This document shows positions 35,354-46,225 of a stretch of 64,000 bases of DNA, one piece after another. The stretch is taken from positions 155,373 to 219,372 of the IMG/VR virus record IMGVR_UViG_2595698595_000001; one strand, written 5' to 3'. The notes below the pieces were generated by a model. It was given only the letters and a program-made list of their open reading frames with translations. It ran no database searches and had not been told where the DNA came from. Every line of letters begins with the position of its first letter. Position 1 is the stretch's first letter. Origin of the DNA: a virus (taxonomy: Duplodnaviria > Caudoviricetes). The translations under genes were made by a program, and so were the position numbers.

Positions 35354-38300
35354 ATGACACTTATCGATCCAACATTAACAGATTCACAGAGAACAAAAAC
35401 AGGAGTACATTCACTACAAAGAACGAATGTAAGATTATCTGGTAACATTAAGTACGTTTACGATAATGATTTCATGTATCTCGAATCGATAAACTCTACA
35501 ATGTATTTGTCTTCTTCACAATTCAAAGCTAATAAGATTAACAAGTCAGTTTCTCTTCCATTGGCTGTTAAGAACTTCATGCAAGGTTCTTCTGAATTAA
35601 CTGAATGGTATACACATAAAAACGTAAACTTAGAACAAGCTAAATATCCTTACGAACAGAGGGATTATCTATACGAATGGGGTGCTTATTATGACAGTTC
35701 ATCACCTTTACAGAAAAATAGATTCTTTGCACCATTGTTTACTTATGGTGAATTACCTGAAATGTTTTGTATCTTCAGATTAGAAAACGAATCATACGCT
35801 AACGATATCAAAAAGATTCTAACGAAAGGAAAACTAATCAAAGCTGTAGACATGCGTAAAGGTCATAACAGTTATTTCGATTGGATTAGAACATATTTAT
35901 CGGATAGAAACTTTAGACCTGATTCTTTACAGGTAAATTACAGTGGTGACGATAAATCGATTTCGTATTATGGATTTTCAGCTGAGAATGGTAACTGGGC
36001 TTCTAAGCGTGAATTCGTTCTTAACGATTACTTAGCTAACGAAAGAATGATTCTTGAAACAAATAACGATATCACTAATGGTTATTCCAGGAACTCATTG
36101 ATTCATCCAGCGTTATTCAATTTCGAATTCACTTTCGAAGATTTAGAAGTAGCTAATGGTTGGTCACAATATGTTGGATTCTATTGTAATTTGGATGATA
36201 TAACAACCGGTGAAGCTGAAAACGTATTGTTACAAAATCCTGAAGCGTTATTCATTTCCAAACATAAAAACGAATTCGAAAGAACTATTGAACAAGCTGA
36301 TCCATATTTACAAGTATCGAATAAATTGACAGCTTTCAAATCTGAAGAATTAGCTTCACAAGCTGAATTGAATTGGTTATGGATTCCACCTAAGAACTCA
36401 GTATTACAGATAAGATTTAATTCGATAATTGTTTACGAATTCAAATTTGATTCGTACAATACGATTAAACAGGCGAAACAAGCTTTGTTACGTGATTTTA
36501 GGTCAGCTAAGTTGAATAGTGTTTCGTTAAGAATGTTCGAAGATGGTGATAGATTTTTCATAGCTTCTGTAAATACTTCTGAACAATATGAAAATCTTGA
36601 ATTAGTTTTACCTTCATCTATAAGAACTACTTACGGATTCAAAGTTGTCAATAGTCACGATTTAATAGTAACAGGATTCCCTCAGGAAGACATAATATCT
36701 TTGAATAATGATTTATATTTAATCGAAGAAAGGTATATGTACAGAGACTTCTTTGTTATCAGACTAGACAAAGAAATCAATCTTAGTACAACAACTAATC
36801 TTGAATTGATGTCATATGTTTATCCGGAACTTTTCTTATGCTCTTACATTCCACATAAAGATTTCGATTATTCAATTGACAGGTCTAGTAATTACGATCC
36901 AGTAGATTCCGATCCAGTTCTTAACAAAAAGTATTTGATAGATTCTATTAACGATCCTTTATTTGTAGGAGGATGGGATCAGGATTCTGGAATATCATTA
37001 GCTCAATATAAAGCAAATCTAATCGATATGGTTAATGAACATTTCGATTCTATTAACATACCTAAAGAATTCATGTTAAAAGATTTAGATATCGTTACAT
37101 TAGAAGCTCAGTCAACTGTTCCTAACGAATATCTAAGACTTGAAGAATCAACTAACGCTATTACTAAAGACGTGAATAAATTCAATCCTTTCATAGTTAA
37201 ATGGGGTCATTCACAAGGTCGTAATGTTTATTCAAGACCTTATGATTTGAACATAGCTCTTTCTATGCGATATGATAATTTCGCACCAGAATATTCTAAC
37301 GCTGGAAGGGATTTAAGAACTCATACACATTCTTGGTATGTTATAGGTGAAGGTTTACCTCCATATTTTACTAACGCACGTAAAGCTTTAGGATATACTA
37401 ACAAACCTATAGAATATACTGACTTAATCGATACTGATATTGATGCTTACGAAGAATACTTAACTCACTTGGTTGATGGATATCATGAAACTTCTTGGTC
37501 GGAAATGAAGTTACGTGACGGTTCTCAAACTAATTACTATACATTTTTCAGAGGTGCTGAGTTAGAATTTACTGGTAATTATGAAGGTTACAGATTCTGT
37601 GCTATTTTATTGACAAAGGATCAAGTTTCGACAACATCAGTTTCTGATTACATATCGATAGTTGATAATAAACAGTTCAAAACGTTAACAATTCTTATCA
37701 GATTCTATATACCTGACCCTGTTCTAACATCATTAGAAGGTGGAATACCTTACATGCTTGACAGGTCTTTGTTGTATTTTTCTAACAAAGTATATTCTAC
37801 TAAGAAACTTTCTAGTTTCGGACAAGATGTAATTTCGTTAGATTTGTATAACGAAATCAATAGAAAGTATTTCAATGGTGTTGATGTAGGTTATGATTGG
37901 AGACATCACGATGTTCCTTCTAATACTACTTACTATAACATTAGAAGGGGTGATATTTTCAGATGGAACGGTGATTTCTTAGATGTATTGTCACAAGGTG
38001 ATGATTTTACTTGGAGAACTGTTAGAAACGATGGTACTACTATCGTCGAATACAAAGCTGTTAACGTAATCGAAATTCAGTCAGAATATTTCTGGTGTGA
38101 GGATATACAAATGCGTTCTTTCAGAGAACCAACTGGTCAACAATGGAGATCATTGAAATCTGAATTAGCTAGTTATACTGGTGAACCAACTTTACTTACT
38201 AAAGATAACGATTGGTATATTTCTAAAGCTATTTCATATTACAACTCTATTTACGATATCGTAGTATCACCTAGAACGAATAACAAAAGATATAAAGCTG

Positions 38301-39142
38301 TATCATTTGCTGCTATAGCTAACATATTGAACAATTACGCAATTAACTATACTTACGTAACCGAATCTGATATTACTGTTTCTGAGAAAAGGATAAAAGT
38401 TTATGAACCTTCTTATTTTCCGATACTGAATTCTATTAAGTCTGAAGACAATCGGTTATTACAGTTAGAAGATACTCAGTTAATTTTTCCAATGTATCGA
38501 TATAGTGGAACATATTCTCCGATTTTTAGAACTATTTACAATGGTTCTATGCTATACAATTCTAGTAAACATGGTACTATCGAAAAGATAAATAAAGACT
38601 TACGTTACATAAAGAAATGGTCAACTATTTCAATGACTGATCAAATCGATATCGAAGATCGTAATTATACATTATCACCGATTTATGATAGTACTTTGAA
38701 ATTGTATAATAACGATAACTTCTCAATAATGAATCGATATACTAACGTAAACAAATCGAATTCGTTTATATCATCAATTTTTAGATACTTCGATACTATC
38801 GAAATCATATCTACTGAAAGAATTTTTGATTTACGAAATCTAACTAGAGAAGTTTTACTAAGCACAGTATTTGGAGCTAGTTATGCAAATAATACAATAT
38901 CGAATCAAATGAAATTAGATGTATTGAAAACTTATGTACATAATGCTACAATGAATTCAATGCAGTTAGAAGATGTTGATAACTATACTTATACGAATTT
39001 CTTTCTAGGTACGTTTATCAGCATGTATTCTATAGATAGAATATTGACAATCGATGATAAGATAATCCAATATAGTCAGAAGAATACTTTCGAATACGAA
39101 ATGGAAGCTGATTATGGTAGAATTATTTTGAAATTGTCTTAA
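35354..39142 (+). CDS. large virion structural protein (baseplate wedge-like)
   Basis: 1262 aa in late module; positional inference. Confidence 0.45.
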   Translation: MTLIDPTLTDSQRTKTGVHSLQRTNVRLSGNIKYVYDNDFMYLESINSTMYLSSSQFKANKINKSVSLPLAVKNFMQGSSELTEWYTHKNVNLEQAKYPYEQRDYLYEWGAYYDSSSPLQKNRFFAPLFTYGELPEMFCIFRLENESYANDIKKILTKGKLIKAVDMRKGHNSYFDWIRTYLSDRNFRPDSLQVNYSGDDKSISYYGFSAENGNWASKREFVLNDYLANERMILETNNDITNGYSRNSLIHPALFNFEFTFEDLEVANGWSQYVGFYCNLDDITTGEAENVLLQNPEALFISKHKNEFERTIEQADPYLQVSNKLTAFKSEELASQAELNWLWIPPKNSVLQIRFNSIIVYEFKFDSYNTIKQAKQALLRDFRSAKLNSVSLRMFEDGDRFFIASVNTSEQYENLELVLPSSIRTTYGFKVVNSHDLIVTGFPQEDIISLNNDLYLIEERYMYRDFFVIRLDKEINLSTTTNLELMSYVYPELFLCSYIPHKDFDYSIDRSSNYDPVDSDPVLNKKYLIDSINDPLFVGGWDQDSGISLAQYKANLIDMVNEHFDSINIPKEFMLKDLDIVTLEAQSTVPNEYLRLEESTNAITKDVNKFNPFIVKWGHSQGRNVYSRPYDLNIALSMRYDNFAPEYSNAGRDLRTHTHSWYVIGEGLPPYFTNARKALGYTNKPIEYTDLIDTDIDAYEEYLTHLVDGYHETSWSEMKLRDGSQTNYYTFFRGAELEFTGNYEGYRFCAILLTKDQVSTTSVSDYISIVDNKQFKTLTILIRFYIPDPVLTSLEGGIPYMLDRSLLYFSNKVYSTKKLSSFGQDVISLDLYNEINRKYFNGVDVGYDWRHHDVPSNTTYYNIRRGDIFRWNGDFLDVLSQGDDFTWRTVRNDGTTIVEYKAVNVIEIQSEYFWCEDIQMRSFREPTGQQWRSLKSELASYTGEPTLLTKDNDWYISKAISYYNSIYDIVVSPRTNNKRYKAVSFAAIANILNNYAINYTYVTESDITVSEKRIKVYEPSYFPILNSIKSEDNRLLQLEDTQLIFPMYRYSGTYSPIFRTIYNGSMLYNSSKHGTIEKINKDLRYIKKWSTISMTDQIDIEDRNYTLSPIYDSTLKLYNNDNFSIMNRYTNVNKSNSFISSIFRYFDTIEIISTERIFDLRNLTREVLLSTVFGASYANNTISNQMKLDVLKTYVHNATMNSMQLEDVDNYTYTNFFLGTFISMYSIDRILTIDDKIIQYSQKNTFEYEMEADYGRIILKLS

Positions 39143-39178
39143 AATTATACATATATCATAAAACGAAATTAACAAGGA

Positions 39179-41806
39179 ATGGAAAATCTTCAAGATACTG
39201 GTATAAGGCTTAAACAACTATCCGTTAGTGATTGGAATACTTTAATTGAGAATTTGAACTATAACTTCTCGATACTTTTATCCAGTCCTTTGTTCAAGGG
39301 TATGCCTGGTAGGGAAGGTCTTCCAGGTCCTTCAACTAACGGTGAAAGGGGTTCAAGATGGTTTTGGGCTATTTGGGATGATTTCAGAGTAGCTTACAAT
39401 CTAACGAATCCTAATCAAGTGAATTTAGCTTTCATAAATGGGCAATTGGCTTCAGATTTAGCTAAATTATGTGACACTTTAAAAACTGATTCGATTATAT
39501 CAAATGATAATATAGTTTTACCTGACGGAAGTATCATAACATTCGATATTACTTTAGGTAAGTTCAAGGATGCTGGAATGTCATTTGCACAAGCACAAGG
39601 TGTTACCGAACAACGTGTTAATCAAATGATTAATGATGCTATCGCAGGTATTAACGAAGGTTCTATCATTTATGAAGTATTTAAAGCTTACGCAAAGAAC
39701 TTCCCTGATGCTACAACTTCTGGAAATAATAATCAAGTAAACCCTGATTCTATTATCGATATCGGTTCTCCTTTATCGAAACCAGGATATCTTCTAGATA
39801 AACATAGATTCGTAGCATTATCAACTTCGAATATGAATTCTATGGATGATGCTACAACATTCATATTCGGTGCTGCTGAAATGTATCATAACTTGATTCA
39901 AAAGACTCAGAACGGTGCTGGTAAAACAACTAACGAATATGGTCCAGGTGTAAACGATTCTACAGCTTTAGCTGTATTACAGGATAACTATAAAAATGGT
40001 ATCATAATCGGTTACAAAGGAGCTAATACACTTAGAGACTTTGCTAGAATTTATAGGGATCTAAACGCTTTACGATTAACTTCGAATTATTCAGTATACG
40101 AAAACGAATTCTCAGAAATCATAATTCGTGAAGACGTTATTAAGTTACGTACTAAGGATATGTCACAGACTAGTGAAGTTCAGGTTGAATCGAATTTCAA
40201 AGTTATTGGTAAGGCTAGATTTATGTCTGATATCTTACATACAGCATTTGAAGTATTAACTGCTCAAAATGTAACGAACATTGGTATACATCAATCTTTA
40301 ATGCCTGTTGGACAGACTTACAAAATAGATTTCAAGGAAACTCCTACATTTAGTACGATTCCAAACATGACATTTTTAAGTACTGATGCTTTAGGTAAGG
40401 TTAGAGGTTCTGGATATACTGTTACTGGTGTGGTTAATGGTTCTTCAACTTCTACACAGATTCCAACAGCTTTAGCTGTAATGAACGCTTTAAATGGATT
40501 CAATCAGAATATAGCAAATCAAATAGCTACGATTAATAACAGTATAAACGTTTTAAATAATAACGTAGGTAATTTACAAAGGGATGCTTTACAATTTAGA
40601 AATTCTGTTGCTATTCCAAGTGATGCTTCACCTAATGGTATTTATCGATTAGCTGCTGGAACTTCTCCTAATAATCAACCAGGATATGTTTTGAATTTGG
40701 TAGATACTTCTACTTCCACTAAAGCTCAATTTGCTGTAACAACTACTGATATATTGTTCAGAGCTTCGACAAGTTCTATAAATTCTGTAGCTTGGATTAC
40801 TTTAGCTAAAAAGACTGATTTGGATAATGTTAATGCTGCATTAACAGCCAGACTTAATGGTCATGATGTTGATATATCAAATTTAAGTTCGTTAGTTTCT
40901 GGTAACTATACAACACTAGATAATAAGATAAATACAGTAAATACGAATCTTACTAATAAGATAAACAGTGATATAGCTAATACTGTTACAATGCTAAGAA
41001 CTGAAACTGTACAAGCTATTCAAGGTATATCAGTTTCTGGTGGGTTGATAAAATCTAACGTAGGTAACTCCATCAATATAGCTCACCCGACATTCGGAAC
41101 TACTGTTCAACAGGAAGCTAATCCAAGTAGAATCATTACTTCGATTAGTACTAATAATGGTCATGTAACAGATGTAAAATGGACACCTTTTACATCAACT
41201 GGTGAGTTAGTTTATGGTATGGTTATAGACTTGATAGCATTCTACACACCTCCAGGATATTGGAATTGGTGGAATGATAGTGGTAGTATGAATTTTCATA
41301 GGGCTATAGTTGGTCAGTATTTCGAGCTTAATGGAAGAGGTAAAGTAAATGCACAAGCTATGATAAGTGGTGGTACAATTAAAGAATTTGATTTAAGTAA
41401 ATTCGTTTTATGTGATGGTAGAAATGGTACACCAAACCTTACTGGTCTAGTACTTATAGGTCAAGGTTATTCTAAAGCTTTAGATAGTTATGGTTACAGA
41501 GTAGACCCAGGTTTTTACATATCTGGTGACGCATTGATTCCACATACACCGAATACAGGTTCACATGAATATGGTCTACCGATTTATGGTTTGTCCACAA
41601 AGAGATTAAGTATAGCTGAAATGCCAGCCCACGATCACCAAGTTACATTTATGGAACCTTATCAAGAAAGAGAAGGTGGTGGTACTAAAACAAGATATGT
41701 ACAAGCTTCATCTAAAACTAAAACTACGACAAGTACTGGTAATGGTAACAGATTCTCAATATTACCAACATCTTTCTCGACATTCAAGTTAATGTATACA
41801 GGTTAG
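39179..41806 (+). CDS. tail fibre protein with C-terminal tail-collar domain
   Basis: Short GxxGxxG collagen-like stretch, coiled coils, LCDGRNGTPNL...LSIAEMPAHDH collar/receptor-binding motif; TATACATA at 39146. Confidence 0.7.
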   Translation: MENLQDTGIRLKQLSVSDWNTLIENLNYNFSILLSSPLFKGMPGREGLPGPSTNGERGSRWFWAIWDDFRVAYNLTNPNQVNLAFINGQLASDLAKLCDTLKTDSIISNDNIVLPDGSIITFDITLGKFKDAGMSFAQAQGVTEQRVNQMINDAIAGINEGSIIYEVFKAYAKNFPDATTSGNNNQVNPDSIIDIGSPLSKPGYLLDKHRFVALSTSNMNSMDDATTFIFGAAEMYHNLIQKTQNGAGKTTNEYGPGVNDSTALAVLQDNYKNGIIIGYKGANTLRDFARIYRDLNALRLTSNYSVYENEFSEIIIREDVIKLRTKDMSQTSEVQVESNFKVIGKARFMSDILHTAFEVLTAQNVTNIGIHQSLMPVGQTYKIDFKETPTFSTIPNMTFLSTDALGKVRGSGYTVTGVVNGSSTSTQIPTALAVMNALNGFNQNIANQIATINNSINVLNNNVGNLQRDALQFRNSVAIPSDASPNGIYRLAAGTSPNNQPGYVLNLVDTSTSTKAQFAVTTTDILFRASTSSINSVAWITLAKKTDLDNVNAALTARLNGHDVDISNLSSLVSGNYTTLDNKINTVNTNLTNKINSDIANTVTMLRTETVQAIQGISVSGGLIKSNVGNSINIAHPTFGTTVQQEANPSRIITSISTNNGHVTDVKWTPFTSTGELVYGMVIDLIAFYTPPGYWNWWNDSGSMNFHRAIVGQYFELNGRGKVNAQAMISGGTIKEFDLSKFVLCDGRNGTPNLTGLVLIGQGYSKALDSYGYRVDPGFYISGDALIPHTPNTGSHEYGLPIYGLSTKRLSIAEMPAHDHQVTFMEPYQEREGGGTKTRYVQASSKTKTTTSTGNGNRFSILPTSFSTFKLMYTG

Positions 41807-41834
41807 ATTTTTAATTGTTCATCATATTCTTTTT

Positions 41835-41879
41835 AAACCCCATGAAATTTCATGGGGTTTTTAAGTATAATTATACATA
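41835..41879 (+). promoter_or_regulatory. terminator hairpin with TGAAAT-N14-AAGTATAAT variant and TATACATA
   Basis: AAACCCCATGAA-AT-TTCATGGGGTTT; both promoter motifs in tandem. Confidence 0.65.
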
Positions 41880-41906
41880 TATCATAAAAACTAAAGAAAC
41901 AAGACT

Positions 41907-43061
41907 ATGAGTAATGCTCTAATCGGTTCTTATACAAGAATCAAACCTATCAATAGAGGTAGCGATGCTGTTACTTCTGAGAAAATAGAAATTGTAGATG
42001 TTCAGGGTGATTTCGCTTACACTAAAAAAGGTGAAAAAATAGACGTATTAGATTTATTCGACTCTACGCAATATGTTAAAAGTAATTTAGATTCAATTAA
42101 CTTAGGTGCTGGAAATCAGTTTAGAAATACTGCATCAAAAACTAATGAATCGAATCCTGGAATACATCATTCTCAAGTATTACCAGAACCTACTGTATCA
42201 ATACAAAATGTTACAGCTACATCACAGCCCGTTCAACAAGCTAAAGTTTCACCATTAACTGAACAGCAACAATTCGTAGATAGTGCTATTAAGATTTCAA
42301 AGAAACAAGGAACTAATTGTATCTATTCTATCGAAATTGAATTCTGTAACCATTTCGATATTGAATTCATTCATAAAACCGCTAAAGCTTTAAACGTTTC
42401 AGACTCTGACATAGCTAAAGTGGTTTCACAAAACCTTGATAACATTACATTAGAAGATATCAAACGTAAGATAGTTTCGCAGGTACTTGGTATCGAACAT
42501 GTAATCGAAGAACCAAAAGTTGTAGAAGTAATCGAAGAAAATACAAATGATAAAGAAACAGGAATAGCTTATGTAACTGTAGCTTCTCAATTTTTCAACG
42601 ATCCTGTAGTTTTGATACTGGATTATCAAGAAGCTGGTATTGAACAATCTGATATTACTAATACAGTTTTACCTAATGAAACGATTCTTCAAAACTTTTT
42701 AACAGATGGTAACCTTGTACATTCAGTTAAGAATGGAATCTCTGATATGATCGAAAGTTTCGGTAGTAATATAAGCAAAGATAATATCAAGTTCGAATTC
42801 GCTGAAGATGTATATTACAGTATGTTCGATTCTATTTCTGATATAGTTCTAGAAGAACCTAAGGTTTTAGAAAATGTAGAACCTGTTGTAATTAACGAAT
42901 CGACAATTACTGAAGAATCTGAAACTACTGAGAAAGAAGAGGAAATCATCAATCCTGTAACATTACAAGAAGCTAAAGAAAACACTTCAAAATTACCTAG
43001 AGTACCGAAACTTAATTCTTTATCCAGTTTATGGAAAATGAAAAACGTTTCTAAAGACTAA
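41907..43061 (+). CDS. acidic hypothetical protein
   Basis: Glu-rich low-complexity C-terminal half. Confidence 0.6.
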   Translation: MSNALIGSYTRIKPINRGSDAVTSEKIEIVDVQGDFAYTKKGEKIDVLDLFDSTQYVKSNLDSINLGAGNQFRNTASKTNESNPGIHHSQVLPEPTVSIQNVTATSQPVQQAKVSPLTEQQQFVDSAIKISKKQGTNCIYSIEIEFCNHFDIEFIHKTAKALNVSDSDIAKVVSQNLDNITLEDIKRKIVSQVLGIEHVIEEPKVVEVIEENTNDKETGIAYVTVASQFFNDPVVLILDYQEAGIEQSDITNTVLPNETILQNFLTDGNLVHSVKNGISDMIESFGSNISKDNIKFEFAEDVYYSMFDSISDIVLEEPKVLENVEPVVINESTITEESETTEKEEEIINPVTLQEAKENTSKLPRVPKLNSLSSLWKMKNVSKD

Positions 43062-43077
43062 CAATTATACATAGAAT

Positions 43078-43533
43078 ATGGATATACTTCATAGAAAGCT
43101 GCACGCTAAAGATGATGTTGTTTATTTTCTTAGAAGTTCTATAGAAAATCCTTTCCTATACCTCAGATTTAGGGGTATAGTAAAGGATGTTATAATCGAA
43201 GGTGAATCAATAACATATCATCTTAAAACTGTACAAGTTCACGAATCTTTCGAAGATGTTAAAACTCATTTGAATCGTGTACGTTTTAGAGTAAGAGGTC
43301 GTAAGATAAACAGATATTTAGACAAATGGACATATTCATTTGATGTTCGAGAGAAAACATATTCAGATGATTTCTGTAAGAAATATGCTAACTATCTATT
43401 CGATGTTCCATCATTACTTGTATTCGAAACTAGAGACGAATTAGAGACCAATCTGAATAAGCTTAATAAGAAAATACTTAATGACTTAAACAGATACACA
43501 CATTTTGTAAAAGTTAGAACGAATGAATATTAA
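43078..43533 (+). CDS. hypothetical protein
   Basis: TATACATA at 43066-43073 directly upstream. Confidence 0.6.
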   Translation: MDILHRKLHAKDDVVYFLRSSIENPFLYLRFRGIVKDVIIEGESITYHLKTVQVHESFEDVKTHLNRVRFRVRGRKINRYLDKWTYSFDVREKTYSDDFCKKYANYLFDVPSLLVFETRDELETNLNKLNKKILNDLNRYTHFVKVRTNEY

Positions 43534-45133
43534 CGATGCGCCTGTAACAGATAATATCGATACTAAAGAAACGATAGAAGTATCTAAGAATGAATTTAGT
43601 AACGATGTATTACCCGAAGTTCAATGGGGTGACGAGTTCTTCGATTTGGAAGAAATTGAGTTACCACGTGGTGATGATTTTCATGATACAGATTCAGGTG
43701 AAGTACCAGCACCAAAAATAACTGGACATCAGTCACTTTTCAATGATTATCATCTTTTCAAATACAAGGGTCCACATGCTAACGCTTATCCTAGAACTGA
43801 TGATGAATATCGAATACGTGAAGGAAATAAGTTATATGCTGACATAAAGCTTACAGATTTAATAAAGAATCCTTTAGGTCATAGAATTTATAAAGCTGCT
43901 GACTTTTTGTATCTTGAAGATATTGGTTCACCTATAAATAGAATGATTACGTTAAGACGTTTTCCATTTCCTATTCTAGATGATATCACAGATACTTCTA
44001 CAATAAAGGATCATGATATAGGTAGACTTGTTACTTTCATGACGGAAGATGTAAATAAGCTTTCTGATTTCATGACATTCGATTATGGAATGAATTGGAG
44101 ACCTTTGGAAGCTTCAACTGAACGAGCTGACATGCAAGGTGATCAGAATGGTGTAAATGGTTACATGAAAGACATACTTAGATTCGTTGACCCAAAATTC
44201 GGTAGAGAAGCGATGATGGGTGAAAATCGTTTAGATTACAATCCTATTCATGACAATAACCGAGTTTATGGTCCAGTTGATTCTATTCATACTACACATA
44301 TTCGTGATATAGGTCTTAGATTTGAATTCGAAACTACTTTGACATTTAGATACAAACTAGATTCTATAAACGGTATTAACGGTAAGGCTGCATTTATCGA
44401 CTTGATTTCAAATATTCTAGCAGTTACTATGAACAACGGTAAATTCTGGGGTGGTGCTAGATTCTGGACAGGTCCTAGACCTACAAGATATTTGAAAGAC
44501 TTACAGTTCCTTTCAGCAACATCATTTGATGATTTTCTAACTAAAGGTTTCGATCAAATGAAAGTAGTTTTGAATAAGTTTACAGGTCCTAATGCTAAGA
44601 CTAACGTTGTAAACTTGTTGAAAACAATCGCTTTTAATGCTTTGAATCTTGGATTTGGTCAGTTACTTGACAAAGTTGGTAGACCTTCAATTCCAATGAT
44701 TACTTCATTATTGACTAACGCACCAATAGGTAACTGGCATTTAACAGTTGGTAATCCTATGAATCCTATAATTACTATCGGTAACTTGATTTTAACTAAT
44801 TCTAAATTAGGATTCGGTGATACTTTAGGATATGATGATTTCCCTGATGAAATAGTTTTGGAAGTTACTTTGAAACCAGCAATGCCCAAGGATAAAGCTG
44901 GTATAGAATCAATGTTTAACTTAGGTAAAGGTAGAACTTACTGGAAGCCTACTGATGAAGCTTTAAAGAAACGTAGAAGTGGTGGTAAACGTAGAAATCC
45001 TGACCATGGTTTAGTATACAACGAATTGATCTCAAGACCTATTGACGCTTTAGCTACAGGTAGATATGATGCTGCTGAAGCTAGAGATGTTTTGAAAGAC
45101 GTGATATACGATTTCCGTCAGTTGAAGAAATAG
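43523..45133 (+). CDS. putative baseplate/tail-tube-initiator-like structural protein
   Basis: Late context; tube-like beta pattern near the C-terminus; weak call. Confidence 0.35.
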   Translation: MNINDAPVTDNIDTKETIEVSKNEFSNDVLPEVQWGDEFFDLEEIELPRGDDFHDTDSGEVPAPKITGHQSLFNDYHLFKYKGPHANAYPRTDDEYRIREGNKLYADIKLTDLIKNPLGHRIYKAADFLYLEDIGSPINRMITLRRFPFPILDDITDTSTIKDHDIGRLVTFMTEDVNKLSDFMTFDYGMNWRPLEASTERADMQGDQNGVNGYMKDILRFVDPKFGREAMMGENRLDYNPIHDNNRVYGPVDSIHTTHIRDIGLRFEFETTLTFRYKLDSINGINGKAAFIDLISNILAVTMNNGKFWGGARFWTGPRPTRYLKDLQFLSATSFDDFLTKGFDQMKVVLNKFTGPNAKTNVVNLLKTIAFNALNLGFGQLLDKVGRPSIPMITSLLTNAPIGNWHLTVGNPMNPIITIGNLILTNSKLGFGDTLGYDDFPDEIVLEVTLKPAMPKDKAGIESMFNLGKGRTYWKPTDEALKKRRSGGKRRNPDHGLVYNELISRPIDALATGRYDAAEARDVLKDVIYDFRQLKK

Positions 45134-45176
45134 AAATTAATACATATACTTTACAATAAAGATAACAAAACTAAAT

Positions 45177-46220
45177 ATGAAAGGATTACATAATCTATAT
45201 GAAGCTAAACTAAATGAAGCTAATGAATCTAAGAAAATCAATGAACTGTTCAAATATCCATTGACGAAAAACTTCTTATTAAATTTATCCAAAGAAAAAG
45301 GTATCGATTTATCTAGAATAACTGATGATCAAGTATCATTAGTTACTCGTCTTGTTAAATCTGAAGATACTTATAATCGTGTATCTTTATACGATTTCAT
45401 GGATTTAGGTAAATCGAAAAATTATAACAGATATGCTAGTAATGACATAGCTTACTATATTTTTCAGAAAATTGACGGTACACCGTTTTTGATAATCGAA
45501 CAGGACATGAATGATAAAAAGGATAAATATTCTCAAGTTGCTGTTGATCCTTCTCTAAAACGTGTTTTCCCAAAATCGTCTAATCAATTGTTTATTGGTA
45601 TTGGAAACTGGTTAACTGATAATTTCAGTGATTCAGCATTTACTGTTACTGTAATGAATATTAGAAATCTTACAGTTATGGATCATAAAGCATTAGACGA
45701 TAAAAAGAAAGGATATGCTTTAGCTAACGATAATACTAATCTAGGTGTACTTTCTATGTTAATGAAAAATTCTAACATGGAAGTTAATGATTTAGAAGGT
45801 ATAATCGAAAAAGATTTAGCTAACGAATTGTCTAAGTACGGTAATAGTTTCAAAAATCATAGAACATATTGTTCAATGGGTACTAATGACGGTGTTACTA
45901 CTATACGTAGAATTGGTATTGAAGCTTCATCAAGCTTTAACCGTGCACCTTCTGACGCTTTACAGAAACTTGATATTTCTTTAGAACATTGGAGAGATTC
46001 TAAAACTAAAAAGACTTTAGAACTTAATCAATTTAGATCAGAATATGAAATGTATGACGATATTTCCAAAGATTTAGATATTTACAGTAAAGCTGTTAAC
46101 GATATAAAAAGTCTTGACAAATTCCTTACAGAATATTTCCATGATATAAATTCCAACAGTGGTAAAATGAATAAGAATACACAGTTGCGAAAACTAGCAC
46201 AGAAATACAAAGACATGTAA
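45177..46220 (+). CDS. putative internal head protein (MKGLHNLYE...LNE...INE)
   Basis: Repeated (L/I)xE prohead-protease-type sites in N-terminus; AATACATA at 45139-45146. Confidence 0.45.
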   Translation: MKGLHNLYEAKLNEANESKKINELFKYPLTKNFLLNLSKEKGIDLSRITDDQVSLVTRLVKSEDTYNRVSLYDFMDLGKSKNYNRYASNDIAYYIFQKIDGTPFLIIEQDMNDKKDKYSQVAVDPSLKRVFPKSSNQLFIGIGNWLTDNFSDSAFTVTVMNIRNLTVMDHKALDDKKKGYALANDNTNLGVLSMLMKNSNMEVNDLEGIIEKDLANELSKYGNSFKNHRTYCSMGTNDGVTTIRRIGIEASSSFNRAPSDALQKLDISLEHWRDSKTKKTLELNQFRSEYEMYDDISKDLDIYSKAVNDIKSLDKFLTEYFHDINSNSGKMNKNTQLRKLAQKYKDM

Positions 46221-46225
46221 AAATA

